Origin: Nematocida ausubeli
Taxonomy: Eukaryota
Assembly (NCBI RefSeq): GCF_000738915.1
Contig: NW_026515634.1
Location: 413,156 to 477,155, forward strand
Direction of reading: 5' to 3'
Length of the DNA: 64,000 bases
Below are positions 52,480-62,215 of the stretch, one piece after another (positions within the stretch are counted from its first letter, which is position 1; each line of letters starts with the position of its first letter). The notes below the pieces were generated by a model that was given only the letters and a program-made list of their open reading frames with translations, had not been told where the DNA came from and made no database searches. Both the position numbers and the translations under genes were made by a program.

Positions 52480-54168
52480 ATGAAATTTGCAAAGAGCATG
52501 CAGAGCCAGAAAGATAAACTTGCAGACACCACAGACTCGCAGACATTTGTTATCCACAGTGAAATAAAGCCGGATCAGAAGAAGATTTTTGGGCCAGGCT
52601 ATAAACAGGAGGGTGCTGAGAACGGGCTGTCCACACTAAAGAATAAAGCAGGCCAAGAAACAGAAAATAGACCAGTGTATAATAGCAGCCCAGTCAAGAC
52701 AGTGGAAGAAAACACAGAAAACGAGAAAAAGATTCAGATTGACAGCAAAACATCACAAAACATGCACAACACCGAATTGTCCAGTGCATTGGAAAAGGAG
52801 CACACCGAAGAGAATCCTCTTCCTTTATCATACATAGACCGGTACTCTAGGCAGATGGTAATTAAAGAAATAGGAGTAGAGGGGCAAAGGAAAATAAAAA
52901 CAAGCAGGGTGCTAGTTGTAGGAGCTGGTGGTTTGGGTGCGCCTGCTCTTATGTACCTAGCAGCAATGGGCGTTCAGAAGATAGGAATTTCTGATTTTGA
53001 TGTAGTTGAAGAGTCCAACCTTAACCGGCAAGTACTATACAGAGAGTCATCTATAGGCAAGTATAAGGCAAAGGAGGCCGTGCAAAGTCTGACAGGCCTG
53101 TGCTCATCTTCTGAGTATACATCGCACCCGAAGATCACAAGTGAAAATGTGTGGGACATATGCTCGTCATATGACTTAGTAATGGACTGCGGAGACAACA
53201 GATCCCTGCGCTATCTACTCAGCGACTGCTGCAAGCTGCGAGGCATTCCATATATATGCGGGTCGTCTTTGCGATGGGAAGGGCATGTGTATACGTTTAA
53301 CAGGCTGTGCTATAGATGCGTTCATCCTGTGATAGGAACATATGCAAGCGGCAGCTGCTCATCTGCAGGAATAATAGGAAGTATGTGCGGCGTAGTGGGA
53401 TCTTTAATGGCGACAGAGGCAATGAAGGCAATTATTGGCATTGGGGCAAGTGACAGCTTGGTCTATATTAATGGGCTGAAGAATGAGTTTATGAACTTGT
53501 CTCTTAATAAGAAGCTGTGCACTCTCTGCAAAGAAGCCCCTCATCTGACGCGTATGCAAAGAATTGAGAGAATAGCCAAAGAGAATCAGATCTTGGAGGA
53601 AAAAGAGAAAGAACTAAACACATGCTTAATAAGTGATCTAGTGGAAAAGATGCAGGATATTGACATAAGTAAAATACAGGAGAGTGCAAAAAACAGCAAA
53701 CTTCCTTTCTCGGATAGTAGTGCAGAAAGCATTGGCATGACACCAGATACCACACCAGCAGATAAAAAGGAAAACAAGGATCAAGAACTACTAAGTGATA
53801 CCTCCACCGATAAAAATGAGAGAAATTGTCTGACAAGTCTAGAAGACGAAGTGTGCTGGAGTGTGGTTTTTTCCTCGCCTGAGAAGTACTTTATTGTAGA
53901 TACACGCTCTAGTGCCGAGCATAAAATTGTCTCAATTCCTAACTCTTATTTATATCCGTTAAGCAGCATTGTTGATAATCCCAAAAAGGCACGCGACTGC
54001 ATCCATAGAAAAGCATCTGGAAGAAAGGTAGTGCTATGCTGCAGAAATGGAAGCACCTCAAGAAGGTTTGTGTTTATATTTGGAGCACTAAGTGCTGTAG
54101 GAGGAATCCAGGAGTATATCAAGCAGGTGCAAGAAATAGGAAGTAGGGCTACTTCATGCAAAAAGTAA
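52480..54168 (+). CDS. UBA4: Uba4/MOCS3 (ThiF/MoeB E1-like plus rhodanese)
   Basis: RYSRQ, VLVVGAGGLG, D.VEESNLNRQ, CYRC, CxxC and rhodanese DTRS...CCRNG; ~115-aa low-complexity N-extension makes the start uncertain. Confidence 0.92.
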   Translation: MKFAKSMQSQKDKLADTTDSQTFVIHSEIKPDQKKIFGPGYKQEGAENGLSTLKNKAGQETENRPVYNSSPVKTVEENTENEKKIQIDSKTSQNMHNTELSSALEKEHTEENPLPLSYIDRYSRQMVIKEIGVEGQRKIKTSRVLVVGAGGLGAPALMYLAAMGVQKIGISDFDVVEESNLNRQVLYRESSIGKYKAKEAVQSLTGLCSSSEYTSHPKITSENVWDICSSYDLVMDCGDNRSLRYLLSDCCKLRGIPYICGSSLRWEGHVYTFNRLCYRCVHPVIGTYASGSCSSAGIIGSMCGVVGSLMATEAMKAIIGIGASDSLVYINGLKNEFMNLSLNKKLCTLCKEAPHLTRMQRIERIAKENQILEEKEKELNTCLISDLVEKMQDIDISKIQESAKNSKLPFSDSSAESIGMTPDTTPADKKENKDQELLSDTSTDKNERNCLTSLEDEVCWSVVFSSPEKYFIVDTRSSAEHKIVSIPNSYLYPLSSIVDNPKKARDCIHRKASGRKVVLCCRNGSTSRRFVFIFGALSAVGGIQEYIKQVQEIGSRATSCKK

Positions 54169-54255
54169 ATGTTAAAGTGAAGAACAGAAGATTTTTATGT
54201 TTTATTTTAGATCACATATCATAGAGGCACGAAGTGCTTGTGTCTTTTGGTTATT

Positions 54256-54489
54256 CTACTGCTCGAGCTCTTTATTAAACTCCTCAAGCTCATTTATTGT
54301 TTTGAGTATGTAGTTTGCGTATGTTACTAAAACATGCGCATTCTTCATAAGTCTGCCGCTCTCTTCCAGACGAATAACCACCTCATTATCAGTCTTCTCT
54401 ATTTCTATACCACCTACAGCATCAGAAAGACATTTCTGCAGTATATCGCTTCTTTCGGTTGTAATTCTTAACTCTAGCTTGCTTTTCAT
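54256..54489 (-). CDS. KEOPS subunit Pcc1/LAGE3-like small protein
   Basis: 77 aa; size and beta-alpha-beta-beta-alpha pattern (LELRI..DILQKCL..VVIRLE..RLMK) fit Pcc1. Confidence 0.55.
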   Translation of the reverse strand: MKSKLELRITTERSDILQKCLSDAVGGIEIEKTDNEVVIRLEESGRLMKNAHVLVTYANYILKTINELEEFNKELEQ

Positions 54490-54499
54490 TTATTTTTTC

Positions 54500-55054
54500 A
54501 TGGAGTATGTATTAAAAGTAAGAAATAAACAGGAGTTAGAAGGGAAAGTTATTTTAGTCAATGAATATTTGGGGGCAGATGTAGACGGGTTTATTTCCGA
54601 GGTACTGGAGGAGTACCCCAGTCACATGCTGATATCCTATCATAAACTGTCTTCTGAGTACAAAACAGCGGATGTGATTTCGTTTCTAGATAAAACTCCC
54701 AAGGAGTTCTCTGAGGCGTACAAGCCACGAAGTGCTCTGATAATAGATGGGTGGTCGCATAGGAACAATATTCTTGCAGAAGATGAAATACACATAATGG
54801 ACATAAACAACACTCGCGTGTCCACCATAAAGTATGCTGATCAGACAGTTTTTATTTTAAACCGGTCAGTAACAAAGCCCTACTACAGAGATGTATATAG
54901 AAGCTATGCTCTAATATCCCTGAGGCCGCTTGCTATTGCAACCCACCACACACACAGCCTAACTATTAGCATGCGATCTATCAGCATAGAAATGTGTCTT
55001 TTATATAGCTATCGGTATCCGAGAAAATACACCCTGTTTGTGCAACAGGCATAG
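54500..55054 (+). CDS. Possible Elongator Elp6-like (RecA-fold) protein
   Basis: GKVILVNE..GAD..FI, LISY...S.Y, LIIDG and ISLRPL pattern; first ATG at 54500. Confidence 0.45.
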   Translation: MEYVLKVRNKQELEGKVILVNEYLGADVDGFISEVLEEYPSHMLISYHKLSSEYKTADVISFLDKTPKEFSEAYKPRSALIIDGWSHRNNILAEDEIHIMDINNTRVSTIKYADQTVFILNRSVTKPYYRDVYRSYALISLRPLAIATHHTHSLTISMRSISIEMCLLYSYRYPRKYTLFVQQA

Positions 55055-56281
55055 AAATAAACCATGTTACTTTAGTCTGTCTGTATATTTCTTCTCAAAT
55101 AGAGCATGACATATTTATATTTGCGGTCTAATGATTTGCTTAAAATAGCATAAGTGTGTGCGTCTAAGGACGTGTCTTTTGAGATTGCGGCTGCCAGTGG
55201 CTTTTTTATTTTCACTATGGCTTATTAAAAGTACTGCAATAGATTGCTGATGAGTCTGATTGCCTGTAGCCTAGTAAGTGTACTAAATTTAGAACTGCTT
55301 AAGAAAATTGTAGTTTAAGTTGTTCTGGCGAAGAAACTACATGCAAATATTCTTCAATTATCATGATTAAAATCAAAATTGATCTCTTTTGGTTAATTCT
55401 TACTAGCTGGTCATAACTATATTTTTACGAATGCTTTTCATAGCTGTGGTATATTTCTATATTTTTTCTTTAGAACGTAAAGTCTTTTTTGAAATATATT
55501 TTGCATTTTAGTATGAAGAGTTTTATTTACAGAACAGCCTAACAGAGAGTCACTCAGCCTAAATAATATTTACAAAAATATCAGTACAAGTTTACTATAA
55601 ATTAAAGTAGAAGAGAAATATAAATATGTGTACAATTCAAGAAGATCACACTATTACAGAAAGTATAAAGAATTTAAGTATTACTGCAGAGACATACTGT
55701 ATATGCGGTGTAGCCTGAATATGTGCTTCTAACATAAAGAAACATAGAAGCATAAGAATTCACCTATAAATACCCAAAGGGCGTACAGACTTGAAAACTC
55801 TAGTAAAATATTTAGAATAATATACGTACAAAAGAGGTTCAACAAAAATTTAGAAAGAATGGATACTTCTAAGCGTGCATATCTTTTTGTTTCATTTAGA
55901 TGCGTGTTGTATATTTGTGCATTTATAACACAATAGTTAGCCAGACTCTATGAAATAGCACAAATTATACAGTTAAATATTTAATTATTTATTGTATACG
56001 GCTGCTAGTATATGTGAATATTATTGAGATATGCCTAGTAGAGAGCAGAGAATAAACCTTTGGCTTGAAAGCAAAATAATTAACACAAATTCAAGAAAAA
56101 AAGCAGAGACAAACTATATTTGCATATTGGTATAGAAAGGTGCTTAAATAAGAAAAAATCAACTAGATGAAAGAATGGTCACAGTGTTTGAATTATTGCA
56201 CCATAGAAAGCAATTATTTCTATTGATATCATTTAGATATGCGCAAATACAATAAATATAGGAAGTGAATAAAGAATTAGA

Positions 56282-59059
56282 ATGCAGGCAGGAAAGATGA
56301 AGAGACCGACAGAGAAAATAGTAGAAAAATATATATGGCGCTTTATGCTTATACTGGCATATATTTATACACCTGTAAATGGAATATTATCTTTGGACCA
56401 AATAGAAATCTTGCAGAAGAATAAAATAGAATACGAAGGCAGACATATAATTATAAACCCAAGTGGACCACTCAATCTGCTTAGAGGATATATCATTCAC
56501 AAGGAAGGATTAATTTACAACAAAAGGCTTTTTACGCCCGAAATTTCTGCTAAGTACCAAATAGTCCAGGCTTCAGATGTAAATGCAGCTTTTCCAGTAT
56601 ATTCATTCAACAGAGGCATAGAAAATGACGCAGTTGCTTCAGATGGGTTTAGCAGTGATATTAAAGGGGGATACCTACGCACATACCACAAAATACTCAT
56701 TAATATGTTTCCATTTCACAATGAGTCTGTCCCAATTGAGAGCAATGAAAAAGACAGTTTCAGTAGGTGGACTAAATCAAAGAAGACCAAAAAGCACATG
56801 CATAGACTACTTGCAGCACTCCTGCTAATGTCAGAGGGAATACGTATACCAATTCAGATTGTAGGGGAGGAAGGTGATGCACACGTTGTTCTAAAACAAA
56901 AGAGCGGAAAGCAGGTTGTTTTTTGTATTCCCCTACCCATAAAGAGTGAAGTGCAGGAGCCCAGTGACAGTAGGGACTTTCAGAAAAAAACAAGAGAAAT
57001 TATTAAGGGATTTATTGAAATTTCAAGTTTGAGAGCTAAAGATGCTATATCAGAATACGATGAGCCAAATACGCTAGAGCAGTTCAGAACGGGACTATTC
57101 CTTAATAGCATCAAGTTTCTTATACAAGCGTATTTATTCGAGTTTATAGACACCGTAGAAGAAGCATTGCTTGTTAATCAGACAGTGTATGATATGATTC
57201 TTAATCAGATAAATGAGACAAAACCAACAGAAAAAAGGATTATATCACATTATAAGCGTGTCTTAGACAGGTGCTTCACAACAATAGATGAGTACTTCTA
57301 CGAAAATAATGCTCTGACCTACATAAATATCATAAAGGAGATTCCAAAGGCTATGATAATTAAGCAGGCACTGCCATTCTCAAACCAACAGCAGATCCCT
57401 AATATAAAGAACATTGCAAGAAACAGTATTAATGCAACATTACCCCAGGATACTCTGCAAGTCGTATATTCTGGCAACAGAAATTGCATTCTTACTATTC
57501 TTAGTGTGGTGTGCTGCTTGTTCTATAATCCGTCAGTGCATATGTATGAGTTCAAAAACAAAAAGTGCAAAACTGACCATATTGAAGCCTTTTTTAATAA
57601 GAACATGAAGCCATTCCAAAGTATTGGAGTTACTGTATATAGTGAGTGGTGTGAGCATATTGAAAATTCTATCGATCGCAGTAAATTCTTCTTGTACAAG
57701 AGACATGCCGTAGGAGTAGGCCTTTTCAACATGCTGTACACACTAGCATGCTGTTTGAATATGGGGGGAAGGTCTAAAGAAAAAATTACTAATTTCGCAA
57801 ATGCACTGAACAAAAGTCACGAGCCAATGATTTGGTTCTATGGAGATATAAATGAATTTGTGAAAAGTTTCTTCCAAAAGATTACATGTAATAAGAACCT
57901 ATCTGTTAGTTGTAAAAAACTTGTAAGAAGAAAAGTCGTGAACAAGTTTGACGTATTTGGAGAGATAGTTTTAGAATACAAATATGATGATAGGCAAGAG
58001 ACAATTAGCATAAACTTAACTACTGAAGACACATATTTTAATATCACAGATAGCCGCATAATTTCGCACGACAGTAGAGAAGAGAGACTGCAGAGTTTGA
58101 TGAACACCAGCCAAGAGCGAGACAACTTTACATCCTGTCTTGTTTCCTACTGTATATACAACATAATAAAGAGTATAGACCAAAGAAAGAAAGATGGATT
58201 GCACGACATTTGCCATATGCCAAATACAAGTGACCTAGACTATGAAGAAATATCTAAGATACTTATTATGAGGAAAATCACTGACATAGAGTACAAAAAA
58301 GATCTAGTAATTTGGACTATTGTACAAACAAGCAAAAGTGATGGAAATATCAGTGCAGAAACACCAGGAATGAGGTTTATATCAAACATAGTTGCAAGCT
58401 ACTATGCACATGACGTAAGCAGTTTGAAGTCAATTTTGTCCTGCATTACGCTTATAAAGAACCACATAAGTGTTACTCCAGAGATAAATATAAGAGAAGA
58501 GACATATAAAAAAATGAAAGAGCAAGCAAATCCGACTATTATGAAAATATCAATACTCTATGCAATTGAGAGAAAAGCCCCAGAGCTTCTTATATACTAC
58601 ATAACAAACTATCTTAAAGCAAATGAGAAAACCCCAGACGTATGGCCGGATGTTGTTTTAGTAATCTCTAACAAAGAAGTATTTGATGTTTTATTCAAGT
58701 TAAACAATGTGCTTTACTCAACTGACATGCTAAACACCATAGACTCCATGGATTATAAGAGCGCAGAGTTGCGTATGTATCTGAGCATTGCGTGGTTTGT
58801 ATATGCGTGTGAGACAAAGAAAGAATTTCCTACGTTAATTGAGACTCTGTATAGCAGTATTAGTATTAAGAATGTAGAAACAAAAAAATATGCGTGCTGT
58901 ATTATAAGCCAGGATAACTTCAAGAGCGTGCATGCTTTCTTAGACATACAGAAGAAGAGTCTGTCAAAGGACAACCAGGAAGAGAGAGAGAAGGGAAAAA
59001 AGAAGATAAAGGATATTATTCCGATCATGCACACACATTTATATGATATGGCTTTTTGA
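56282..59059 (+). CDS. Full-length large-gene-family protein (NemLGF1-like) with N-terminal hydrophobic/signal segment
   Basis: 925 aa; IWRFMLILAYIY, INPSGPLNLLRGYI, NKRLFTPEI, LLAALLLMSEG and CCLFYNP; paralogue of 1-1743 and 2341-4347. Confidence 0.75.
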   Translation: MQAGKMKRPTEKIVEKYIWRFMLILAYIYTPVNGILSLDQIEILQKNKIEYEGRHIIINPSGPLNLLRGYIIHKEGLIYNKRLFTPEISAKYQIVQASDVNAAFPVYSFNRGIENDAVASDGFSSDIKGGYLRTYHKILINMFPFHNESVPIESNEKDSFSRWTKSKKTKKHMHRLLAALLLMSEGIRIPIQIVGEEGDAHVVLKQKSGKQVVFCIPLPIKSEVQEPSDSRDFQKKTREIIKGFIEISSLRAKDAISEYDEPNTLEQFRTGLFLNSIKFLIQAYLFEFIDTVEEALLVNQTVYDMILNQINETKPTEKRIISHYKRVLDRCFTTIDEYFYENNALTYINIIKEIPKAMIIKQALPFSNQQQIPNIKNIARNSINATLPQDTLQVVYSGNRNCILTILSVVCCLFYNPSVHMYEFKNKKCKTDHIEAFFNKNMKPFQSIGVTVYSEWCEHIENSIDRSKFFLYKRHAVGVGLFNMLYTLACCLNMGGRSKEKITNFANALNKSHEPMIWFYGDINEFVKSFFQKITCNKNLSVSCKKLVRRKVVNKFDVFGEIVLEYKYDDRQETISINLTTEDTYFNITDSRIISHDSREERLQSLMNTSQERDNFTSCLVSYCIYNIIKSIDQRKKDGLHDICHMPNTSDLDYEEISKILIMRKITDIEYKKDLVIWTIVQTSKSDGNISAETPGMRFISNIVASYYAHDVSSLKSILSCITLIKNHISVTPEINIREETYKKMKEQANPTIMKISILYAIERKAPELLIYYITNYLKANEKTPDVWPDVVLVISNKEVFDVLFKLNNVLYSTDMLNTIDSMDYKSAELRMYLSIAWFVYACETKKEFPTLIETLYSSISIKNVETKKYACCIISQDNFKSVHAFLDIQKKSLSKDNQEEREKGKKKIKDIIPIMHTHLYDMAF

Positions 59060-59483
59060 TGAGTATTAACTTACCCCATATCTCTACAGATCACATTTAC
59101 TAGAATATATTTTGTCTGTAGCTAGAGAGAAAATATCTCCAGAGAATGAAAATCCTTTTTACTTTTTTATATGCAGTTTTAGTAATAGAACCAAAAACTA
59201 CCAGAGTATTTACAGACGCAACTCTCGCCCTGCATACGCAGGATTTAAATATGTGCTTACGAGAGTAGTCAGCACACGCTTATAATAAATGCTTTTTAAA
59301 ATGTTTTTAGGGGTTTCATACTTAATTTACCAAAAATAGCCATAGCACTGTGCATAAAAGACAGGAGTGGGTACTATGAATTCTAATAAGATTAAAAAAC
59401 AATTATGCTAAGGAACCAGTTTTGCAAGATTAAGGACCAGCAAGACACAAGAAGTATATAAATGAATAATTTTTTTTATATAA

Positions 59484-61316
59484 ATGGGTAATAATGAGTT
59501 TCTATTTCTAAGCAGAGAAGGGGAGAACATGCAAGGAAGTGTTTACATGGTAAGCGGGCCTGTGGTTATTGCAGAGAACATGCTTGGGTGTGCCATGTAT
59601 GAACTTGCAAAGGTGGGGCACCAGGGCCTCATGGGCGAGGTAATAAAGATAGAGGGAGATAAGATTACAATCCAGGTATATGAAGAAACATCTGGTCTTG
59701 GTGTTGGAGATCCTGTTGTTCGGCTAGGGCACCCTTTGTGTGTTGAGCTGGGCCCAGGGCTTCTTGATAATATATTTGACGGGATACAGAGGCCACTGCG
59801 GCAGATATACAATGACACGAAGAGTCTGTACATCCCCAATGGTATTGCAGCACCAGCTCTGGATAGGACCAAGAAGTGGGAGTTTACTCCGACTGTGTCA
59901 ATTGGAGAATCTTTAAAGCCAGGAGACATCTTTGGAACAGTGCAGGAGAATACTCTTCTCCGACTGCGTCTTATGGTGTCACCAAAAAGTAGGGGCGGGG
60001 TTGTCACAAAGATAGCCGAAAAGGGAGAGTACACGGTGGAAGAGGTGCTTCTAGAGATGGAGAACAACGGAGTGAAGAGCCAGGAGAAAATGTACCAGGT
60101 GTGGCCAGTGCGATCACCCAGACCAATTAAGCAGAAGCTGACACCAGTGCAGCAGCTGTTCACTGGGCAAAGGCTTCTGGACTCCATGTTCCCATGCGTG
60201 CAGGGAGGGACAGCTGCTATTCCAGGCGCTTTTGGGTGCGGAAAAACAGTTATTTCGCAGTCTCTGTCAAAATACTCAAACTCTGATGTAATAGTGTATG
60301 TGGGGTGCGGTGAGCGAGGAAACGAAATGAGCGAGGTTCTGCAGGAGTTTCCCACGCTCAAGATAAATGTAGATGGCAAAGAGGAGTCAATTATGAAGAG
60401 AACCGTGCTTATTGCAAATACTTCTAATATGCCGGTGGCTGCCAGAGAGGCATCAATCTACACAGGAATCACAATAGCCGAGTACTACCGAGACCAGGGA
60501 TACAACGTGTCCATGATGGCAGACTCAACCTCCAGATGGGCTGAGGCGCTTAGAGAGATAAGTGGTAGGCTGGCAGAAATGCCGGCGGACAGTGGATATC
60601 CTGCGTATCTTGGGGCACGACTGGCATTTTTCTATGAAAGAGCTGGATACACTGAGTGCCTGGGCACCAAAGAAAGGCAGGGTAGTGTTACTGTTGTAGG
60701 AGCAGTCTCACCGCCAGGAGGAGACTTTTCAGACCCAGTCACAGCAGCCACTCTGGGGATTGTGCAGGTGTTCTGGGGGCTGGATAAGAAGCTTGCGCAG
60801 AGAAAGCACTTCCCAAGTGTCAACTGGAACCTTAGCTACTCAAAGTACATTAACCTGCTAACGCCATACCACAATGTGTACGATGCAAAGTATGCAGAGT
60901 CAATGAAGGTTGTGAAGGAGCTGCTGCAGAAAGAAGAGTCCTTGAGCGAAATAGTGCAGCTTGTTGGAAAAGGCTCGCTAGGGGAACTGGAAAAGCTTGA
61001 AATGAGCGTGGCAAAGGTTATCAAGGAGGACTTCCTGCAGCAAAACGGAGTGTCGCTATACGATAAGTACTGTCCTTTCTACAAAACAGTTTTGATGAGC
61101 AACATGATTGTGCACTACTACAGAACGTGCAGAGAGCTGCTGGAGACAAAGACTGTGCCATCTTGGGAGTTCTTGCTGAATGAGACGAAAGACGTCTACT
61201 ACAAGCTCACAAGAATGAAGTTTGAGGACCCGGTGAATGGAGAGGATAAAGTAACAAAGAACTTGATGCAGCTGCAAAAGAACCTGGAAGATGCAGTGCG
61301 CGTGTTCACTGAGTAG
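59484..61316 (+). CDS. VMA1: V-type ATPase catalytic subunit A (no intein)
   Basis: [42 protein letters not shown] and QRKHFP. Confidence 0.98.
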   Translation: MGNNEFLFLSREGENMQGSVYMVSGPVVIAENMLGCAMYELAKVGHQGLMGEVIKIEGDKITIQVYEETSGLGVGDPVVRLGHPLCVELGPGLLDNIFDGIQRPLRQIYNDTKSLYIPNGIAAPALDRTKKWEFTPTVSIGESLKPGDIFGTVQENTLLRLRLMVSPKSRGGVVTKIAEKGEYTVEEVLLEMENNGVKSQEKMYQVWPVRSPRPIKQKLTPVQQLFTGQRLLDSMFPCVQGGTAAIPGAFGCGKTVISQSLSKYSNSDVIVYVGCGERGNEMSEVLQEFPTLKINVDGKEESIMKRTVLIANTSNMPVAAREASIYTGITIAEYYRDQGYNVSMMADSTSRWAEALREISGRLAEMPADSGYPAYLGARLAFFYERAGYTECLGTKERQGSVTVVGAVSPPGGDFSDPVTAATLGIVQVFWGLDKKLAQRKHFPSVNWNLSYSKYINLLTPYHNVYDAKYAESMKVVKELLQKEESLSEIVQLVGKGSLGELEKLEMSVAKVIKEDFLQQNGVSLYDKYCPFYKTVLMSNMIVHYYRTCRELLETKTVPSWEFLLNETKDVYYKLTRMKFEDPVNGEDKVTKNLMQLQKNLEDAVRVFTE

Positions 61317-62215
61317 AGTGCCTGTGCTGACAGAAGTAAGCAGCTCAGAGCACTCCTTCCGCCTTTGCACATATCTCTAAGTGCATGCGCGTGTAATGGT
61401 TATAGGGTGACTGTGATTTATGGTATATTATTTGTGCTATGCTGCTTTGCCACTGCCTGCAAATCTTCATATAGAGCGAGACAATGCATGTATTTAGAGA
61501 TGCCTCTGTCATCGTCGCAGTGCAGAAGAGATGCAAAGATGTGTTCATTTGCATAGATAATAAATAAGATGGTTATTCTATCTTGCATGCATGAGTGCAA
61601 TTCTATTTTAGCAAATGCGCTGAAGGTCTATTCAGAAAGATGCAATGGTTAATTCAGTGGTCTGAAAGACAAAGCCGTTGCAGTTTAATTCGTTAATTTT
61701 AATGCCCCAGGCTAGCAGTTTGTTAAATTTTTTAGTAAAAATTAATACACCAGTATGTTCAGTAGTATAGTATACATAGACTAATTAAATAAATATCCAC
61801 ACTTAGTATAGATAGGCATGCTCATGACACACCAAAGGCTTGGCATAGAAGGAAAATAATGCATGTACTTTGAGAATAGCATATATTTAGCCTAAAACAA
61901 GTAGTTTTTGCAAAAGTCCAGTTAAACCGTTTGGTATTTGTCTTTTTAAAGACATTTAATATACTGTATTGTGTGTTTAACTGCGCTTTCTTTCTGAAGT
62001 AGATAGCTAGTTGCCTGGCTAAATATTTTAACAAATTTTTATTAGACTACTTCCGGTTATATTAAACCAGTATTTTATAGGGCAAAAATGGTTTGTCAGT
62101 TTTATTTTTCAATTGGCCTATATATTTCAGTTATTTGTTGCTTTCACTAAATGAAATCAACCAATTTTTTACAGTCTATAAATAGAAAATATTTTCAGAG
62201 TTAATTAAAGAAATA

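Noticed and set aside
60290..60330. Possible VMA1 intein
   Set aside because: [11 protein letters not shown] is continuous and the protein is a normal 610 aa
5906..60379. Many long antisense ORFs (e.g. 5906-6655, 8879-9691, 21118-21957, 43953-44648, 59543-60379)
   Set aside because: Shadows of real CDSs with S/F/L-rich composition and no recognisable motifs
61360..61630. Dense TGCA/CATG words here and in other gaps
   Set aside because: No periodicity or unit; looks like a window-wide compositional bias
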